Positions 40,262 through 50,910 of a stretch of 64,000 bases of DNA are shown piece by piece. The notes under the pieces were generated by a model. The model was not told the origin of the DNA, searched no databases, and saw only the letters and a program-made list of their open reading frames with translations. The stretch is from positions 736,001 to 800,000 of the forward strand of contig CAWBAT010000006.1 in assembly GCA_963786955.1 (NCBI GenBank), in the 5' to 3' direction. Source of the DNA: an uncultured Acidimicrobiia bacterium. GTDB lineage: Bacteria > Acidobacteriota > Terriglobia > Versatilivoradales > Versatilivoraceae. A program made the translations under genes and the position numbers. Each line of letters starts with the position of its first letter. Within the stretch, counting starts at the first letter, position 1.

Positions 40262-41116
40262 TTAGCCCGAACTCCCGGCCGTCTCTTTGATTATGGCATC
40301 GATCCGTTTCAATTCTTTGAGCAAACTTTCAAGTCGTTTCAACGGAAGCGAATTGGGTCCATCACTGAGAGCTTTTGCCGGATTATCGTGGATCTCCATA
40401 AAGAGGCCATCAATGCCCGCGGCAACACCGGCTCGGGCCAAAACGTCAATGTACTGGGATTGCCCCCCTGAAGTGACCCCCAAACCTCCGGGTAATTGCA
40501 AGCTATGTGTGACATCAAACAGGACCGGATAGCCAAATCCACGCATGACCGGGAAAGAACGAATATCAACCACCAGGTTGTTATAACCAAAGGAAGTCCC
40601 GCGTTCGGTCAAAAGAATTTGTTGGCAACCGTTTCGCTCCAGTTTTTCCACGACCTGCTCGATATCCCAGGGCGCCAAGAACTGTCCTTTCTTCACATTG
40701 ATGGCCCGTCCGCTTTTGGCCGCCGCCACCAAAAGGTCCGTTTGTCTGCAAAGGAAGGCCGGAATTTGGATACAATCAATCTCCGCCGCAACAGGCTCGA
40801 TTTGGTTGATTTCATGAATATCGGTGAGAATCGGCACAGCCAATTGCTTGCGAATCGATCTCAGGATCCTTAGCCCCTCTTGGAGCCCTGGCCCACGAAA
40901 TGAATCTAAGGCGGTGCGATTGGCTTTGTCGAAAGAAGCTTTAAAAATGAAGGGGACCTGACAGCGCCGGGCAATTGCCTGAATCTCCTTGGCCATGAAT
41001 TGGCAGTGTTCCTCCGATTCAATGACACAAGGACCAGCAATCAGAACGAGAGGGTGGTTCCCTCCAACGAGAACCTCCCCCACGCGAAATTCATGGGTCC
41101 GCAGCATGGAACTCAT
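40262..41116 (-). CDS. kdsA: KDO 8-phosphate synthase
   Basis: IAGPCVIE, KASFDKANRT, QIPAFLCRQTDL, KKGQF, ERGTSFGY, SDGPN. Confidence 0.96.
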   Translation of the reverse strand: MSSMLRTHEFRVGEVLVGGNHPLVLIAGPCVIESEEHCQFMAKEIQAIARRCQVPFIFKASFDKANRTALDSFRGPGLQEGLRILRSIRKQLAVPILTDIHEINQIEPVAAEIDCIQIPAFLCRQTDLLVAAAKSGRAINVKKGQFLAPWDIEQVVEKLERNGCQQILLTERGTSFGYNNLVVDIRSFPVMRGFGYPVLFDVTHSLQLPGGLGVTSGGQSQYIDVLARAGVAAGIDGLFMEIHDNPAKALSDGPNSLPLKRLESLLKELKRIDAIIKETAGSSG

Positions 41117-41119
41117 TCT

Positions 41120-42784
41120 CTAGATCGTCTTCTTCTCGGCCAGTCCTGTGACGGCTGATGAATTGCCCGTTGTTTCCTGGGAACGTTGCTTCCGGTGCGC
41201 ATAGGCAGCACCAATGAACGCTCTAAACAACGGGTGTGAGGTTAAGGGCTTGGATTTGAACTCCGGGTGAAACTGGCAACCTACAAACCAGGGATGATTC
41301 TCGACTTCAACCACTTCAACAAAATTGTTGTCCGGAGAGACTCCTACAATTCTCAACCCATGCGCCACTAAAGTCTCTTCATATTCCCGATTGAATTCGT
41401 AACGGTGCCGATGCCGTTCCGAAATTTCCAGTTGGTCATAAGCCTCTTGGGTTTTGGAGCCCGGCGTCAACATACAGGGGTAGGCTCCCAACCGCATGGT
41501 TCCACCGAGATCATCAATTCCTCGGAGTTCTCGCAACTTATAAATCACGCGATGCGGGGTTGCCGGATTGAACTCCGAACTGTCAGCGTCTACCAGTTCA
41601 CACACGTTTCGGGCAAATTCGATGACCGAACATTGCATTCCTAAACAAATTCCAAAAAATGGAACTCTTTCCTCTCTAGCATAACAGATGGCACGGACCA
41701 TTCCTTCAATGCCACGCTTGCCAAATCCTCCGGGAACCAGGATGCCGTCATACCGACGCAACTGTTCTCTCCAACTCTCCCCTTCCACGCCTTCCGCCTC
41801 TATCCAGCGAAGCGAGGTTCGGAGATTATGAGCTAACCCGGCATGGACGAGCGCTTCTTTTAAACTTTTGTAAGACTCCTCGAACTCAACATATTTTCCA
41901 ACAATCGCAATTTCTACCTCGTCCGCAGGGTTCTTGATCCGTTCCATGAGTTCGTGCCACTGGCTCATGTTCGATTCACGAACGGGGAGATTCAAATGTT
42001 TCAAGATGATCTCGTCGAGGCCTTCCGCCGCGAGTACCAGAGGAACTTCATAGATCGATTCCACATCTTTTGCCGTGATCACGGCGTCATCGTCCACCGA
42101 GCAAAACAGGGCGATTTTGGATTTCAGATCCTTGGGCAGAAACCGGTCCGTGCGGCACAACAAAATGTCGGGTTGAATACCAATCTCGCGCAATTGCTTC
42201 ACACTGTGCTGGGTAGGCTTTGTTTTCAGTTCGCCGGCCGCGCCAATGAACGGAACCAATGTTAAATGGACAAACAGTGAGTTTTCTCTCCCCACATCTT
42301 GCCGCATCTGGCGGATGGCTTCCAAAAAGGGTAAGGATTCGATATCTCCAACCGTGCCGCCAATCTCAACAATGGCGACATCCACATCGACACTGATCTT
42401 CTTAATGGCCGATTTAATTTCATTAGTGACATGGGGAATGACCTGAACCGTCTTACCCAAATAATCGCCACGCCGTTCTTTGTGAATGATAGATTCATAA
42501 ATCTTGCCGGTAGTCAGATTGTGATCCCGTGTCAATCGTGAATTAGTAAACCGCTCATAATGGCCCAAATCCAAATCCGTTTCCGCTCCATCGTCTGTCA
42601 CAAACACTTCGCCGTGCTGGTAAGGACTCATGGTCCCCGGGTCCACATTCAAATAAGGGTCGAACTTTTGCAGAGTCACCCGGTAACCTCTGCTTTCTAA
42701 CAACCTCCCGATGGAGGCAGCCGCCAAGCCCTTCCCCAATGAGGACACTACACCACCCGTCACGAAGATGAATTTTGTTGCCAT
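41120..42784 (-). CDS. pyrG: CTP synthase
   Basis: [51 protein letters not shown]. Confidence 0.98.
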   Translation of the reverse strand: MATKFIFVTGGVVSSLGKGLAAASIGRLLESRGYRVTLQKFDPYLNVDPGTMSPYQHGEVFVTDDGAETDLDLGHYERFTNSRLTRDHNLTTGKIYESIIHKERRGDYLGKTVQVIPHVTNEIKSAIKKISVDVDVAIVEIGGTVGDIESLPFLEAIRQMRQDVGRENSLFVHLTLVPFIGAAGELKTKPTQHSVKQLREIGIQPDILLCRTDRFLPKDLKSKIALFCSVDDDAVITAKDVESIYEVPLVLAAEGLDEIILKHLNLPVRESNMSQWHELMERIKNPADEVEIAIVGKYVEFEESYKSLKEALVHAGLAHNLRTSLRWIEAEGVEGESWREQLRRYDGILVPGGFGKRGIEGMVRAICYAREERVPFFGICLGMQCSVIEFARNVCELVDADSSEFNPATPHRVIYKLRELRGIDDLGGTMRLGAYPCMLTPGSKTQEAYDQLEISERHRHRYEFNREYEETLVAHGLRIVGVSPDNNFVEVVEVENHPWFVGCQFHPEFKSKPLTSHPLFRAFIGAAYAHRKQRSQETTGNSSAVTGLAEKKTI

Positions 42785-43533
42785 GCTTGCTCCTTTAAGA
42801 ATTCGTTGATCCGTTCGAGATCATCCGGCGTATCCACGGCCAAGGGTTGATAGGTTGTATTGATGACTTTGATCTGATAACCATTTTCCAAAAAACGGAG
42901 TTGTTCCAGAGATTCCGAGTCTTCCAAAGATGATCTCTCGAGCTTGGGGAGTTGCTCGAGAAAAGACTTCCGATACGTGTAGAGTCCCATATGCCTCTTG
43001 AAAACCGAAGCACTCTTTAGAACTAAATTCGAGTGGGGTGAATAGGGAATCGGGGATCTGGAAAAATAGAGCGCGAAGCCTTTTCGGTCCGTCACGACTT
43101 TGACGATATTCGGGTTGTAAAGGTCATCCTCCAAAGTAATGGGATGACACAACGTAGAAATCATTAACCCCGGCTCCGTATCAAAGGGTTCAATCATCGC
43201 GTCAATACAAGCCGGATCGATAAAAGGCTCATCCCCTTGCACATTCACAATGAGATCGGCTTCCTGCTGACAGGCAACTTCTGCAACCCGGTCGGTGCCG
43301 GAAGTGTGCCCGGTCGAAGTCATCCAGGCCTCCCCTCCAAATTCTTCGACAACTCTCAGGATCCGATCATCATCGGTCGCAACGATCACGCGCCCTATCC
43401 GAGAGGACTGGCAAACCTTTTCGTACACATGCTGAATCATGGGTTTCTGGTTAATGGCCACCAGGGGTTTTCCAGGGAAGCGGGTGGAATGGTACCGGGC
43501 AGGAATTATGGCGATCGCCTTCTGCGGATTCAT
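42760..43533 (-). CDS. kdsB: CMP-KDO synthetase
   Basis: [43 protein letters not shown]. Confidence 0.96.
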   Translation of the reverse strand: MNPQKAIAIIPARYHSTRFPGKPLVAINQKPMIQHVYEKVCQSSRIGRVIVATDDDRILRVVEEFGGEAWMTSTGHTSGTDRVAEVACQQEADLIVNVQGDEPFIDPACIDAMIEPFDTEPGLMISTLCHPITLEDDLYNPNIVKVVTDRKGFALYFSRSPIPYSPHSNLVLKSASVFKRHMGLYTYRKSFLEQLPKLERSSLEDSESLEQLRFLENGYQIKVINTTYQPLAVDTPDDLERINEFLKEQAWQQNSSS

Positions 43534-43948
43534 GGGTTCGATGGGGTTGATTTCACTTTCGTCCTTCCTGAAACACGTGCGCGTGACACGAAATTGAAAA
43601 CATGAGTTCTCCGGGCAGGCATTCACCCTCTCACAATTTTTTCATCTTTGTTCAAATTGGCATCAAGATCAAGAGATTTTTCCGGAGGGACGAATCATGA
43701 TTGAGAGACATTTTTGAGATCCATGCAACGCTCCCTCCCATCCCATTTTGGGACGATTTTCTCAGCCATACGCGACTTCCTATTTGATTCAGGGGACACT
43801 CAGCGAGGACAAGTCATTCCCGGTTTTCCAAGATCCCATTATCCCAAATGCGGGCTACCTGACTGCGCGCATCCTAATTGGAAAACTCAATGACAAATCT
43901 GATAACATTATTGGAAATTCTCTCCATAGTCGGAGGTCGCTGAGACAG

Positions 43949-44272
43949 ATGAAACCAATACCCAATGCCGGGATGGCACTACTCCAGGCCATGGCCACTT
44001 TGGTGGAGTTTCCGCTCCTGGCGACTTTTCCATTTCTAGTCTTAACCGGTCTGTACTGGTGGACCAAACGACGTTTTATTCTCATGGTCGCCCTGTGCTG
44101 GGTTTGCTATGTTCCCTACGAATATGGGATGAAATGGCGCTTGTTTTGTAGTGGGGAGTGTAACATTCGGGTCGATCTTTTGCTCATTTACCCGGCCTTG
44201 GCGCTGATGTCAGTGATTTCAATCGGGTTGGCAATTCGTGCCCTCTTTACAATCACTCTCACTGAGAATTAG
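43949..44272 (+). CDS. Hypothetical membrane protein
   Basis: Three hydrophobic segments with YE...CSGECNIRVDLLLIYP; start uncertain. Confidence 0.65.
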   Translation: MKPIPNAGMALLQAMATLVEFPLLATFPFLVLTGLYWWTKRRFILMVALCWVCYVPYEYGMKWRLFCSGECNIRVDLLLIYPALALMSVISIGLAIRALFTITLTEN

Positions 44273-44284
44273 GAGGTTGATCCG

Positions 44285-44680
44285 ATGCCGCACCTTGACG
44301 GCGTTTTGGAAACATCTCTCTATGTCACCGATCTGGAATGTTCTGTCCAATTTTACAGCAAGATCTTTGGCTTTGAAATCATTGACGCTGGCGAGAGGCT
44401 GTATGCCCTGGGTGTTCCGGGCCGGCAAATCCTGCTCTTGTTTAAAAAGGAGGCCTCCGCGAACCTGGCATTGGGAGCCCACGATGGGGATGGCGAGTTG
44501 CATCTGGCATTTGCTATTCCGAAAGCTGAACTGGTGGCTTGGGAAGTCTGGCTCGAGCAGCAAGGAGTGGTCATTGAATATCGGCGAGTGTGGGAACGAG
44601 GAGGACACAGCTTATATTTCCGAGATCCAGACAGGCACCTGATCGAATTGGCGACACCTGGCGTCTGGTCCATCTATTAG
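44285..44680 (+). CDS. VOC/glyoxalase family protein
   Basis: AGGAGG RBS; ETSLYVTDL..S..FY, HLAF, SLYFRDPDRHLIELATPG. Confidence 0.92.
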   Translation: MPHLDGVLETSLYVTDLECSVQFYSKIFGFEIIDAGERLYALGVPGRQILLLFKKEASANLALGAHDGDGELHLAFAIPKAELVAWEVWLEQQGVVIEYRRVWERGGHSLYFRDPDRHLIELATPGVWSIY

Positions 44681-45072
44681 GCCGAGTTCACAGGGAAAAT
44701 GGGTGCCTGCCTGAATAGGTCGATTGGTCACTTCCGGATACGATTCAGCCGGCTCATTTCCCTCATGACCATTCCAATCGTGAGGATTCATCAAGGGTTA
44801 GAGGGCCTTAAAGCTGCCTATGCTCTGTCACCAGCGAGAGGAAGAATATTTCGATAAAGATTTCTCCTCCTCGCTGCTGTCATTGCCTTTAAAAAGCCAC
44901 TTTCCTTAGACCCGTTCATGAGCCGTTATGGACTGCTCACCGCTTTCTTCTGCCTGCAGAACTTTCCCGTGGTAGCATAGAATTTGGGGTAGGAGTTTGA
45001 AGAATCTTGTCTAAGCGGCAACGAGGTTGCAGAAGTTGCCACTCCAACTATTTTTATCTATAATTCTTCCGG

Positions 45073-46149
45073 GTGCAGAGGATGCGTAAACGAAATTCTC
45101 CATCCTTCAGAGTGGCCTTGCAGAGAATCTTCTTCAAGGGTCCGTTGGAGATTGGAGTAAGCGATCGAAGCAGAAAAAGGGGACTAGGGTTTTGTCGCCT
45201 TGTGCTGCTGATTTTCGTTTTCTTTATGGGAGGACGGATCTATCGGCATTATGCCCAGGAAGCCACCCCACCGCACACCAGCGAATCCATTTCAGAACAG
45301 AAAACCCCAACCCCTTCCATCAAGGTCGATGTCGATCTCGTTTTGATCAACGCTACGGTCACGGATCCGAGCAACCGCTTTGTCACAGGACTTGAAAAGG
45401 AGCATTTTCAGCTCTTTGAAGACAAAGTCGAGCAAAAAATCACTGAATTCAGTAACGAAGATGTTCCGACCTCCATTGGCGTGTTATTTGATGTCAGTAG
45501 CAGCATGAGCGACAAGATAGGCCGAGCCAAAGATGCCGCTATCGCATTTTTGAAAACAGGGAATCCCGAAGACGAATTTTTCCTGATTACCTTTGCTGAT
45601 CGCCCTCAAGTGGACGAAGAGTTTACCAGCGACCTCAGTTCTATTCAGAACCGTTTGGCCTACAAAGCCGCCAAAGGTTGCACCACGATATATGACGCGG
45701 TTTATCTTGCTTTGGAGAAGATGAAGAAAGGACACAATCCCAAGAAGGCAATCCTGGTCGTTACGGATGGCGAGGACACTTGTAGCCGGTACTCGCTCGT
45801 CAATGTCCGAAATGCCGTGAAAGAATCGGATGTTCAAATCTATGCCATTGGGATCGTGAGCTCTTTTTACTCTGATTTTGCGCAGGGCCGCTCCGGAAGG
45901 GCTGTGCTCGAGGAAATGACAGAAATTACTGGAGGAAGGGCCTATTTCCCAAACTCAGTTTACGAACTGGAAGATATCTGTACGAAGATCGCTATTGAGT
46001 TGAAAAACCAATATATTCTCGGCTACTCTTCCTCCAATACCTCCAAAGATGGGCGGTGGCGCAAGGTAAAGGTAAAATTAATTACCCCCAAAGGGTTGCC
46101 TTCCCTTTCTATCCGTGCCAAGACTGGCTATTTTGCACCCAGTGGTTGA
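45073..46149 (+). CDS. VWA domain protein, acidobacterial type (start uncertain)
   Basis: IKVDVDLV...TVTD...VTGL..F.LFED.V.Q.I, MIDAS DVSSS, TDGED, QY.LGY. Confidence 0.88.
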   Translation: MQRMRKRNSPSFRVALQRIFFKGPLEIGVSDRSRKRGLGFCRLVLLIFVFFMGGRIYRHYAQEATPPHTSESISEQKTPTPSIKVDVDLVLINATVTDPSNRFVTGLEKEHFQLFEDKVEQKITEFSNEDVPTSIGVLFDVSSSMSDKIGRAKDAAIAFLKTGNPEDEFFLITFADRPQVDEEFTSDLSSIQNRLAYKAAKGCTTIYDAVYLALEKMKKGHNPKKAILVVTDGEDTCSRYSLVNVRNAVKESDVQIYAIGIVSSFYSDFAQGRSGRAVLEEMTEITGGRAYFPNSVYELEDICTKIAIELKNQYILGYSSSNTSKDGRWRKVKVKLITPKGLPSLSIRAKTGYFAPSG

Positions 46150-46197
46150 GGAGTTGCCTTTACCAATTCTTGCATTTTCTGAAGGAACGAGCCCTCG

Positions 46198-47139
46198 ATG
46201 ACAAAACGTCACTATGCTCTTTTGCTCTTTATCCTTTCCATTTACTTACTGGGTGCTCCATTTGCTGCCCAAGAGAAGAAGAAAGGTAAGGACTCCGACT
46301 ACACCCTGAGCGTGGAGGTCAATTTTGTTCTGCTCCACGTTTCTGTGTTCGACGACAAAGATCATCTTTTGAAGGGCCTCAAAAAGGAAGATTTTGAAGT
46401 CTTTGAAGACAAGATTCAGCAGGATGTGTCGCTTTTCAGAGAGGAAGATGCTCCCGTCTCGTTGGGTCTGGTGATTGACAATAGCGGCAGCATGCGAACA
46501 AAAAGGGAGCGGGTCAATAAGGCCGCGATGACTTTTGTCAAGACTTGCAATCCACAAGATGAGATTTTTCTGATTAATTTCAACGATCAAGTTTATATCG
46601 ACCAGGATTTCACGAAGAACATCGATGACCTGGCTGAAGTCCTGGACAACATAGACACTCGAGGTGGAACGTCCTTGTACGACGCTCTCTACCTCTCCTT
46701 GGAACACATCCGGGAAGGCAAGGAGGATAAGAAAGCGCTGTTGGTCATCTCTGACGGCGAAGACCGTGATAGTCGTTATAAATTTGAGACAGTTCTTGAA
46801 ATTGCACGGGAGTCGCAGGCCTGCATTTACGTGGTGGGCCTTTTCGACAAGGAAGGAGAGCGATCCAGGGCTCAGAAGAAGGCGGTTAGCAATTTCAAAG
46901 AATTGGCAGCAGACTCCGGCGGGAAATGCTTCTTCCCGGAGTCTGTCGACGAAGTTGAATCCATTTGCCGCCAGATCGCCCATGAAATCCGCAATCAATA
47001 CACGATCGGATACAAACCAACCAATGCCAAACGCGACGGAACATGGCGAACCGTATCAGTCCGTCTGAACGCCGCCAAAAACTCCAAGAAGCTGGTCGCT
47101 CGAACAAAGCGTGGGTATTATGCTCCGACTGAGAGTTAA
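46198..47139 (+). CDS. VWA domain protein, acidobacterial type
   Basis: Signal peptide, MIDAS DNSGS, TSLYDA, SDGED, QYTIGY; paralogue of upstream gene. Confidence 0.9.
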   Translation: MTKRHYALLLFILSIYLLGAPFAAQEKKKGKDSDYTLSVEVNFVLLHVSVFDDKDHLLKGLKKEDFEVFEDKIQQDVSLFREEDAPVSLGLVIDNSGSMRTKRERVNKAAMTFVKTCNPQDEIFLINFNDQVYIDQDFTKNIDDLAEVLDNIDTRGGTSLYDALYLSLEHIREGKEDKKALLVISDGEDRDSRYKFETVLEIARESQACIYVVGLFDKEGERSRAQKKAVSNFKELAADSGGKCFFPESVDEVESICRQIAHEIRNQYTIGYKPTNAKRDGTWRTVSVRLNAAKNSKKLVARTKRGYYAPTES

Positions 47140-47284
47140 TGCTCTCCAGAGGGAATAGGGTCAAAGAAGCTTTGGAAACTTGGCAAATGTGGGTAATACC
47201 TGAGTGCTTCCCGCCGCACCGAGCGACGTAAGTTTCCTGATCTCCCGGACGATGAAAGTAATCCGTCAAGGGCCGCATGACTTA

Positions 47285-47422
47285 GAGCTGCGTTTCATAA
47301 ATAAACTCACACAACTTCGAACTGGCCGCAGAGAGTGTTGGGACGCGCGCGGGAGCGTGCGTCCCAACCATTAGACAGCCGAAATCCTATCAATCCGTGG
47401 CCGTATTTATGAACCGGAGCAC
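47285..47422. mobile_element. MITE with TTA target duplication and internal hairpin
   Basis: TTA-GAGCTGCGTTTCATAAATA ... TATTTATGAACCGGAGCAC-TTA; inside GTTGGGACGCGCGCGGGAGCGTGCGTCCCAAC (47337-47368). Confidence 0.75.
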
Positions 47423-47595
47423 TTAGGGATTACTCCGCCCAATGTTCCTTTTTCCACATGACGAAATCCTTAAATCCATTAATCGGGAAAGAAGAGTTGT
47501 GGCTTGACTCCCAGATGCCGAGGCGTTGCCAATCGCAACCTATTCGAGTTACTATGTAGCCGCGACTCAATCCCTTTCAACAGGAGGAAAATGCG

Positions 47596-48018
47596 ATGGG
47601 CATGATGAAAGAATTCAAGGAATTTGCGGCGAAAGGCAACATGCTGGATATGGCCGTCGGCATCATTGTAGGCGCGGCTTTCGGAAAGATTATCACTTCT
47701 TTAGTGAGCGATGTTTTGATGCCTCCTGTCGGACTGATCATTGGAGGTGTCGACTTTAAGACTCTGAAGCTGACATTGAAGCAAGCAGTAGGAGACACCG
47801 CGGCAGTAACGCTGAATTATGGAGTCTTCATCCAGACAATCGTCGATTTCGTGATTGTCGCCTTTGCCATTTTCCTTCTCATCAAAGGTGTCAATGCTAT
47901 GAGGAAAAAGCAGGAAGAAGCCCCTGCGGCGCCTGCACCTCCCACTCAGGAGATTTTGCTCGGTGAAATCCGTGACCTCCTGAAGATTCGTTCCCTGGGC
48001 ACCGGTTCCTCGCGGTGA
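47596..48018 (+). CDS. mscL: Large-conductance mechanosensitive channel
   Basis: [42 protein letters not shown]. Confidence 0.96.
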   Translation: MGMMKEFKEFAAKGNMLDMAVGIIVGAAFGKIITSLVSDVLMPPVGLIIGGVDFKTLKLTLKQAVGDTAAVTLNYGVFIQTIVDFVIVAFAIFLLIKGVNAMRKKQEEAPAAPAPPTQEILLGEIRDLLKIRSLGTGSSR

Positions 48019-48111
48019 AAACCTGAGCCCATTCATTAGATCGGGCCAATGGAGAACTTGACTGTAAGCCGTGTAGGGATATCCTCGTGTTTCATTTTCG
48101 ATTTCTTGAAT

Positions 48112-49827
48112 TTATTTCTGGATCAGCTTCAGGAATTGATTCAGAGGAAGGGTATTGGCAACGTCCGACTTCTCCAGCCAGCCGCGGCGGGCTTGATCAA
48201 CTCCATATCGCATATACTGAAGATCAGAACTTCGATGTGAATCGGTATTGATAACGATTTTCACCCCTGCCTGTTTGGCTAACTGCAGATGATAATCCTG
48301 TAGGTCCAATCGCTCCGGGTGAGCATTCGCTTCCAGCAAGACACCTTCTTCCTTCGCAATCCTAACGACTTCTTCTATATCCAAAAGATAAGGCTCTCGC
48401 TGATTGATCAGCCGGCCTGTTGGGTGGCCCAGGATATTGACCTTGGGATGACGCATTGCTCGGATAATGCGACGGGTCATTTCGGCCTTAGTCAGATTGA
48501 ATTTAGAATGGACTGAAACTAAAACCACATCCATCTGTTCGAGAATCGTGTCTTCAAGGTCCAGTGAGCCGTCGGCAAGGATATCTATTTCAGCTGACTT
48601 AAGGATTCGAATTTCCGGGAAGCGTTTCTGCAGTCGGTCTATTTCTTTAAATTGCTTCTTGAACTCCTCAGGTTTCAAGCCGCCTGCTACCCGAACCGCC
48701 TGACTGTGGTCTGTCAAGGCCATGTATTGGTACCCGCAACGGCCACACGCTTCGATCATCTCGGACAAGGTGTTCTTACCGTCGCTGTATTTCGAATGCA
48801 TCTGCAGGTCGCCCTTGATGTCCTTCAATTCAACCAGCTTGGGGAGACGCCCGCTGGCAGCCGCCTCGACTTCTCCACGGTTTTCCCTAAGTTCGGGAGG
48901 AATCCATGAAAGCCCGATGGAATGGAAGACTTCTTCTTCTGTTTTTCCCCCGACTTGATCGTCCCCACGAAAAACACCGTATTCGTTGATCTTCAATCCC
49001 TGATTGTGCCCGATCCCGCGAATGGCAATATTGTGCGCCTTGGAGCCTGTAAAGTAATGCATGGCGGCTCCATAACTTTCCTGGGAAAGTAATCGAAGGT
49101 CAACCTGAAGGCCGGAATGCAAGCGGACAGAGCTTTTGGTAGAGCCTTGTGCCAAAACCTCTTTGATTTCTGAAAATCTGATGAAGTGACTCATCATGTC
49201 AGAATTTCCAGAAGTGGTCGCAAGAATGTCGAGGTCTCCGACCGTTTCACAACGGCGTCGATAACTGCCAGCCGGTTCCAAAGCGACGATTCCTTGGGCG
49301 TTTCTGAGAAAATCCAATAGCAATTTGACATAATGATCCGCGTCAACAATTCGGAATCGACCGATTCTTGACTTAACCTCTTCAATGCCTTTGAGGATCG
49401 AGGTTTTCAAGGCTTCCCCGAATCCTCGAAGTCCATCCAGCTTCCCACTCCCAACCGCTTCACTCAACTGATCCATCGTTGTGATCCCGAGCGACTGCCA
49501 GAGCTGGTTGACCCGTTTCGCCCCCAAGCCAGGGATTCTCAGGATTTCCAGCAAGGACGGGGGGACTTGGGCACGCAGATCTTTGAGAAACTGCAGTTCG
49601 CCGGTCCGATGGATCTCGACAATCTTAGCGGCCAGATCTTTGCCAATACCAGGAATCTCGGTCAGTGACATTTCCCCTCGAAGCAAAAGAGGTTCCACGG
49701 ATTGTGTCAATGTCTCCAAAGTCTTGGCAGCATTTCTGTAAGCGCGTATCCGGAAAGGATTGGCTTTTTCAATTTCCAGAAGGTTGGCGATTTCCTCGAA
49801 GATATAGGCATAGTCAATGTTTTCCAT
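48112..49827 (-). CDS. polX: DNA polymerase X with PHP domain
   Basis: NPFRIRAY, GSYRR..ETVGDLD, QVDLR, YFTGSKAHN, PPELRE; PHP motifs TDHS, HPTGR, TDSH. Confidence 0.95.
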   Translation of the reverse strand: MENIDYAYIFEEIANLLEIEKANPFRIRAYRNAAKTLETLTQSVEPLLLRGEMSLTEIPGIGKDLAAKIVEIHRTGELQFLKDLRAQVPPSLLEILRIPGLGAKRVNQLWQSLGITTMDQLSEAVGSGKLDGLRGFGEALKTSILKGIEEVKSRIGRFRIVDADHYVKLLLDFLRNAQGIVALEPAGSYRRRCETVGDLDILATTSGNSDMMSHFIRFSEIKEVLAQGSTKSSVRLHSGLQVDLRLLSQESYGAAMHYFTGSKAHNIAIRGIGHNQGLKINEYGVFRGDDQVGGKTEEEVFHSIGLSWIPPELRENRGEVEAAASGRLPKLVELKDIKGDLQMHSKYSDGKNTLSEMIEACGRCGYQYMALTDHSQAVRVAGGLKPEEFKKQFKEIDRLQKRFPEIRILKSAEIDILADGSLDLEDTILEQMDVVLVSVHSKFNLTKAEMTRRIIRAMRHPKVNILGHPTGRLINQREPYLLDIEEVVRIAKEEGVLLEANAHPERLDLQDYHLQLAKQAGVKIVINTDSHRSSDLQYMRYGVDQARRGWLEKSDVANTLPLNQFLKLIQK

Positions 49828-49949
49828 GGATTTATCGGCGACTGGATATTTCAATACCATTCAAAGGGGATCCATCCTGCCCGACTCCCGCTTCGAGAGA
49901 CCAGTCCGAAACTATGCCTGCTACGATCCTGTCCTTCACTAGTTCAGTC

Positions 49950-50663
49950 TTACGGAAGGCTGCCCTGGGCCAACAGCCAGGGATGAATCTCAATCGCGAA
50001 TCGGCCCGCCTTAACGGCCGGGTCGGTTTCGGACCAGGATTTTGCTTCCTGTAATGAATTCAATTTGAACACATAGATCCCTCGTAATTGCCCTCCATTT
50101 TCGAGAGGCCCAGCGATGACGAGTTTGCCTGTCTCCCCCATCCTCCTAATGTTCGCCATGTGCGCTTCCTGAAGTTTCTTGACCTCAGGTGTAATCTCAG
50201 GCGTCCATTCGGGGCCGCGAACCAGCAAACCGAAAAAGTAGGTCTCCTTAGGAGTGACCACTTTTGGCTTTTTCATGATCCCTGTCCCTGCATACCACGC
50301 ATAGATTTCAGCCCTCAGCATCCCCACTTGAACCGCTGGATCGCTTTCGACGATGGATTGGGCCTGTTGCATGGTCGTCGCACTCGATACGATGATGGCC
50401 CGCAGATCACTTTCATCTGTTACGAACCCTGAAACCAAAACTTGGTCCGATTGGATCAAGCCATCGAAAAATTCTTGATGGGCTACCTCTATAGATTGGA
50501 CTTCTGTTGACGACCTTGCCTTCCAATCTGGATTTCTTTTTATAAAGACCAGCTGAAAGGTCGTCATTTCCTCAACTGCCTCCCCTACTATTTTGGCAGT
50601 ATTGATCCACGAGAAAACGGTGATTAAAGCAAGGGTGACCCAGTAGGATAGCCCTACTCTCAT
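49950..50663 (-). CDS. Exported tandem YciI-domain protein
   Basis: GGAGGAG RBS, signal peptide, two repeats ending DPAVQVG and DPAVKAG; AHMANI...GKLVIAGP. Confidence 0.82.
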   Translation of the reverse strand: MRVGLSYWVTLALITVFSWINTAKIVGEAVEEMTTFQLVFIKRNPDWKARSSTEVQSIEVAHQEFFDGLIQSDQVLVSGFVTDESDLRAIIVSSATTMQQAQSIVESDPAVQVGMLRAEIYAWYAGTGIMKKPKVVTPKETYFFGLLVRGPEWTPEITPEVKKLQEAHMANIRRMGETGKLVIAGPLENGGQLRGIYVFKLNSLQEAKSWSETDPAVKAGRFAIEIHPWLLAQGSLP

Positions 50664-50910
50664 GGACTCCTCCAAAAAAATAGCTCTTACTTGTACGCGT
50701 TCCAGGATTCTCGAATTCGAATTGAAGGTGAATGAGTTTCGAACTGGCGCCGCAATTGTGTTCCTTCGACCAACTTGGTATCCTTTGGGTTTCTGTTCCT
50801 TCCCATGTAAGCAGCTATTCTGTTTCTATGGATTGAGGATAGCCAAAATCTTCAGTCTTTTGTAGTAAATGATTCAGCAATTAACCGTTTATTGAAAAGG
50901 GACCCGTCCC

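Noticed and set aside
45073-47139. Tandem VWA genes as a novel system
   Set aside because: This VWA type is a large, commonly tandem paralogue family in Acidobacteria; no unusual partner nearby
48780-48815. Gln in place of the first His of the PolX PHP motif (DLQMH)
   Set aside because: A QxH variant is known in functional bacterial PolX proteins and other motifs are intact
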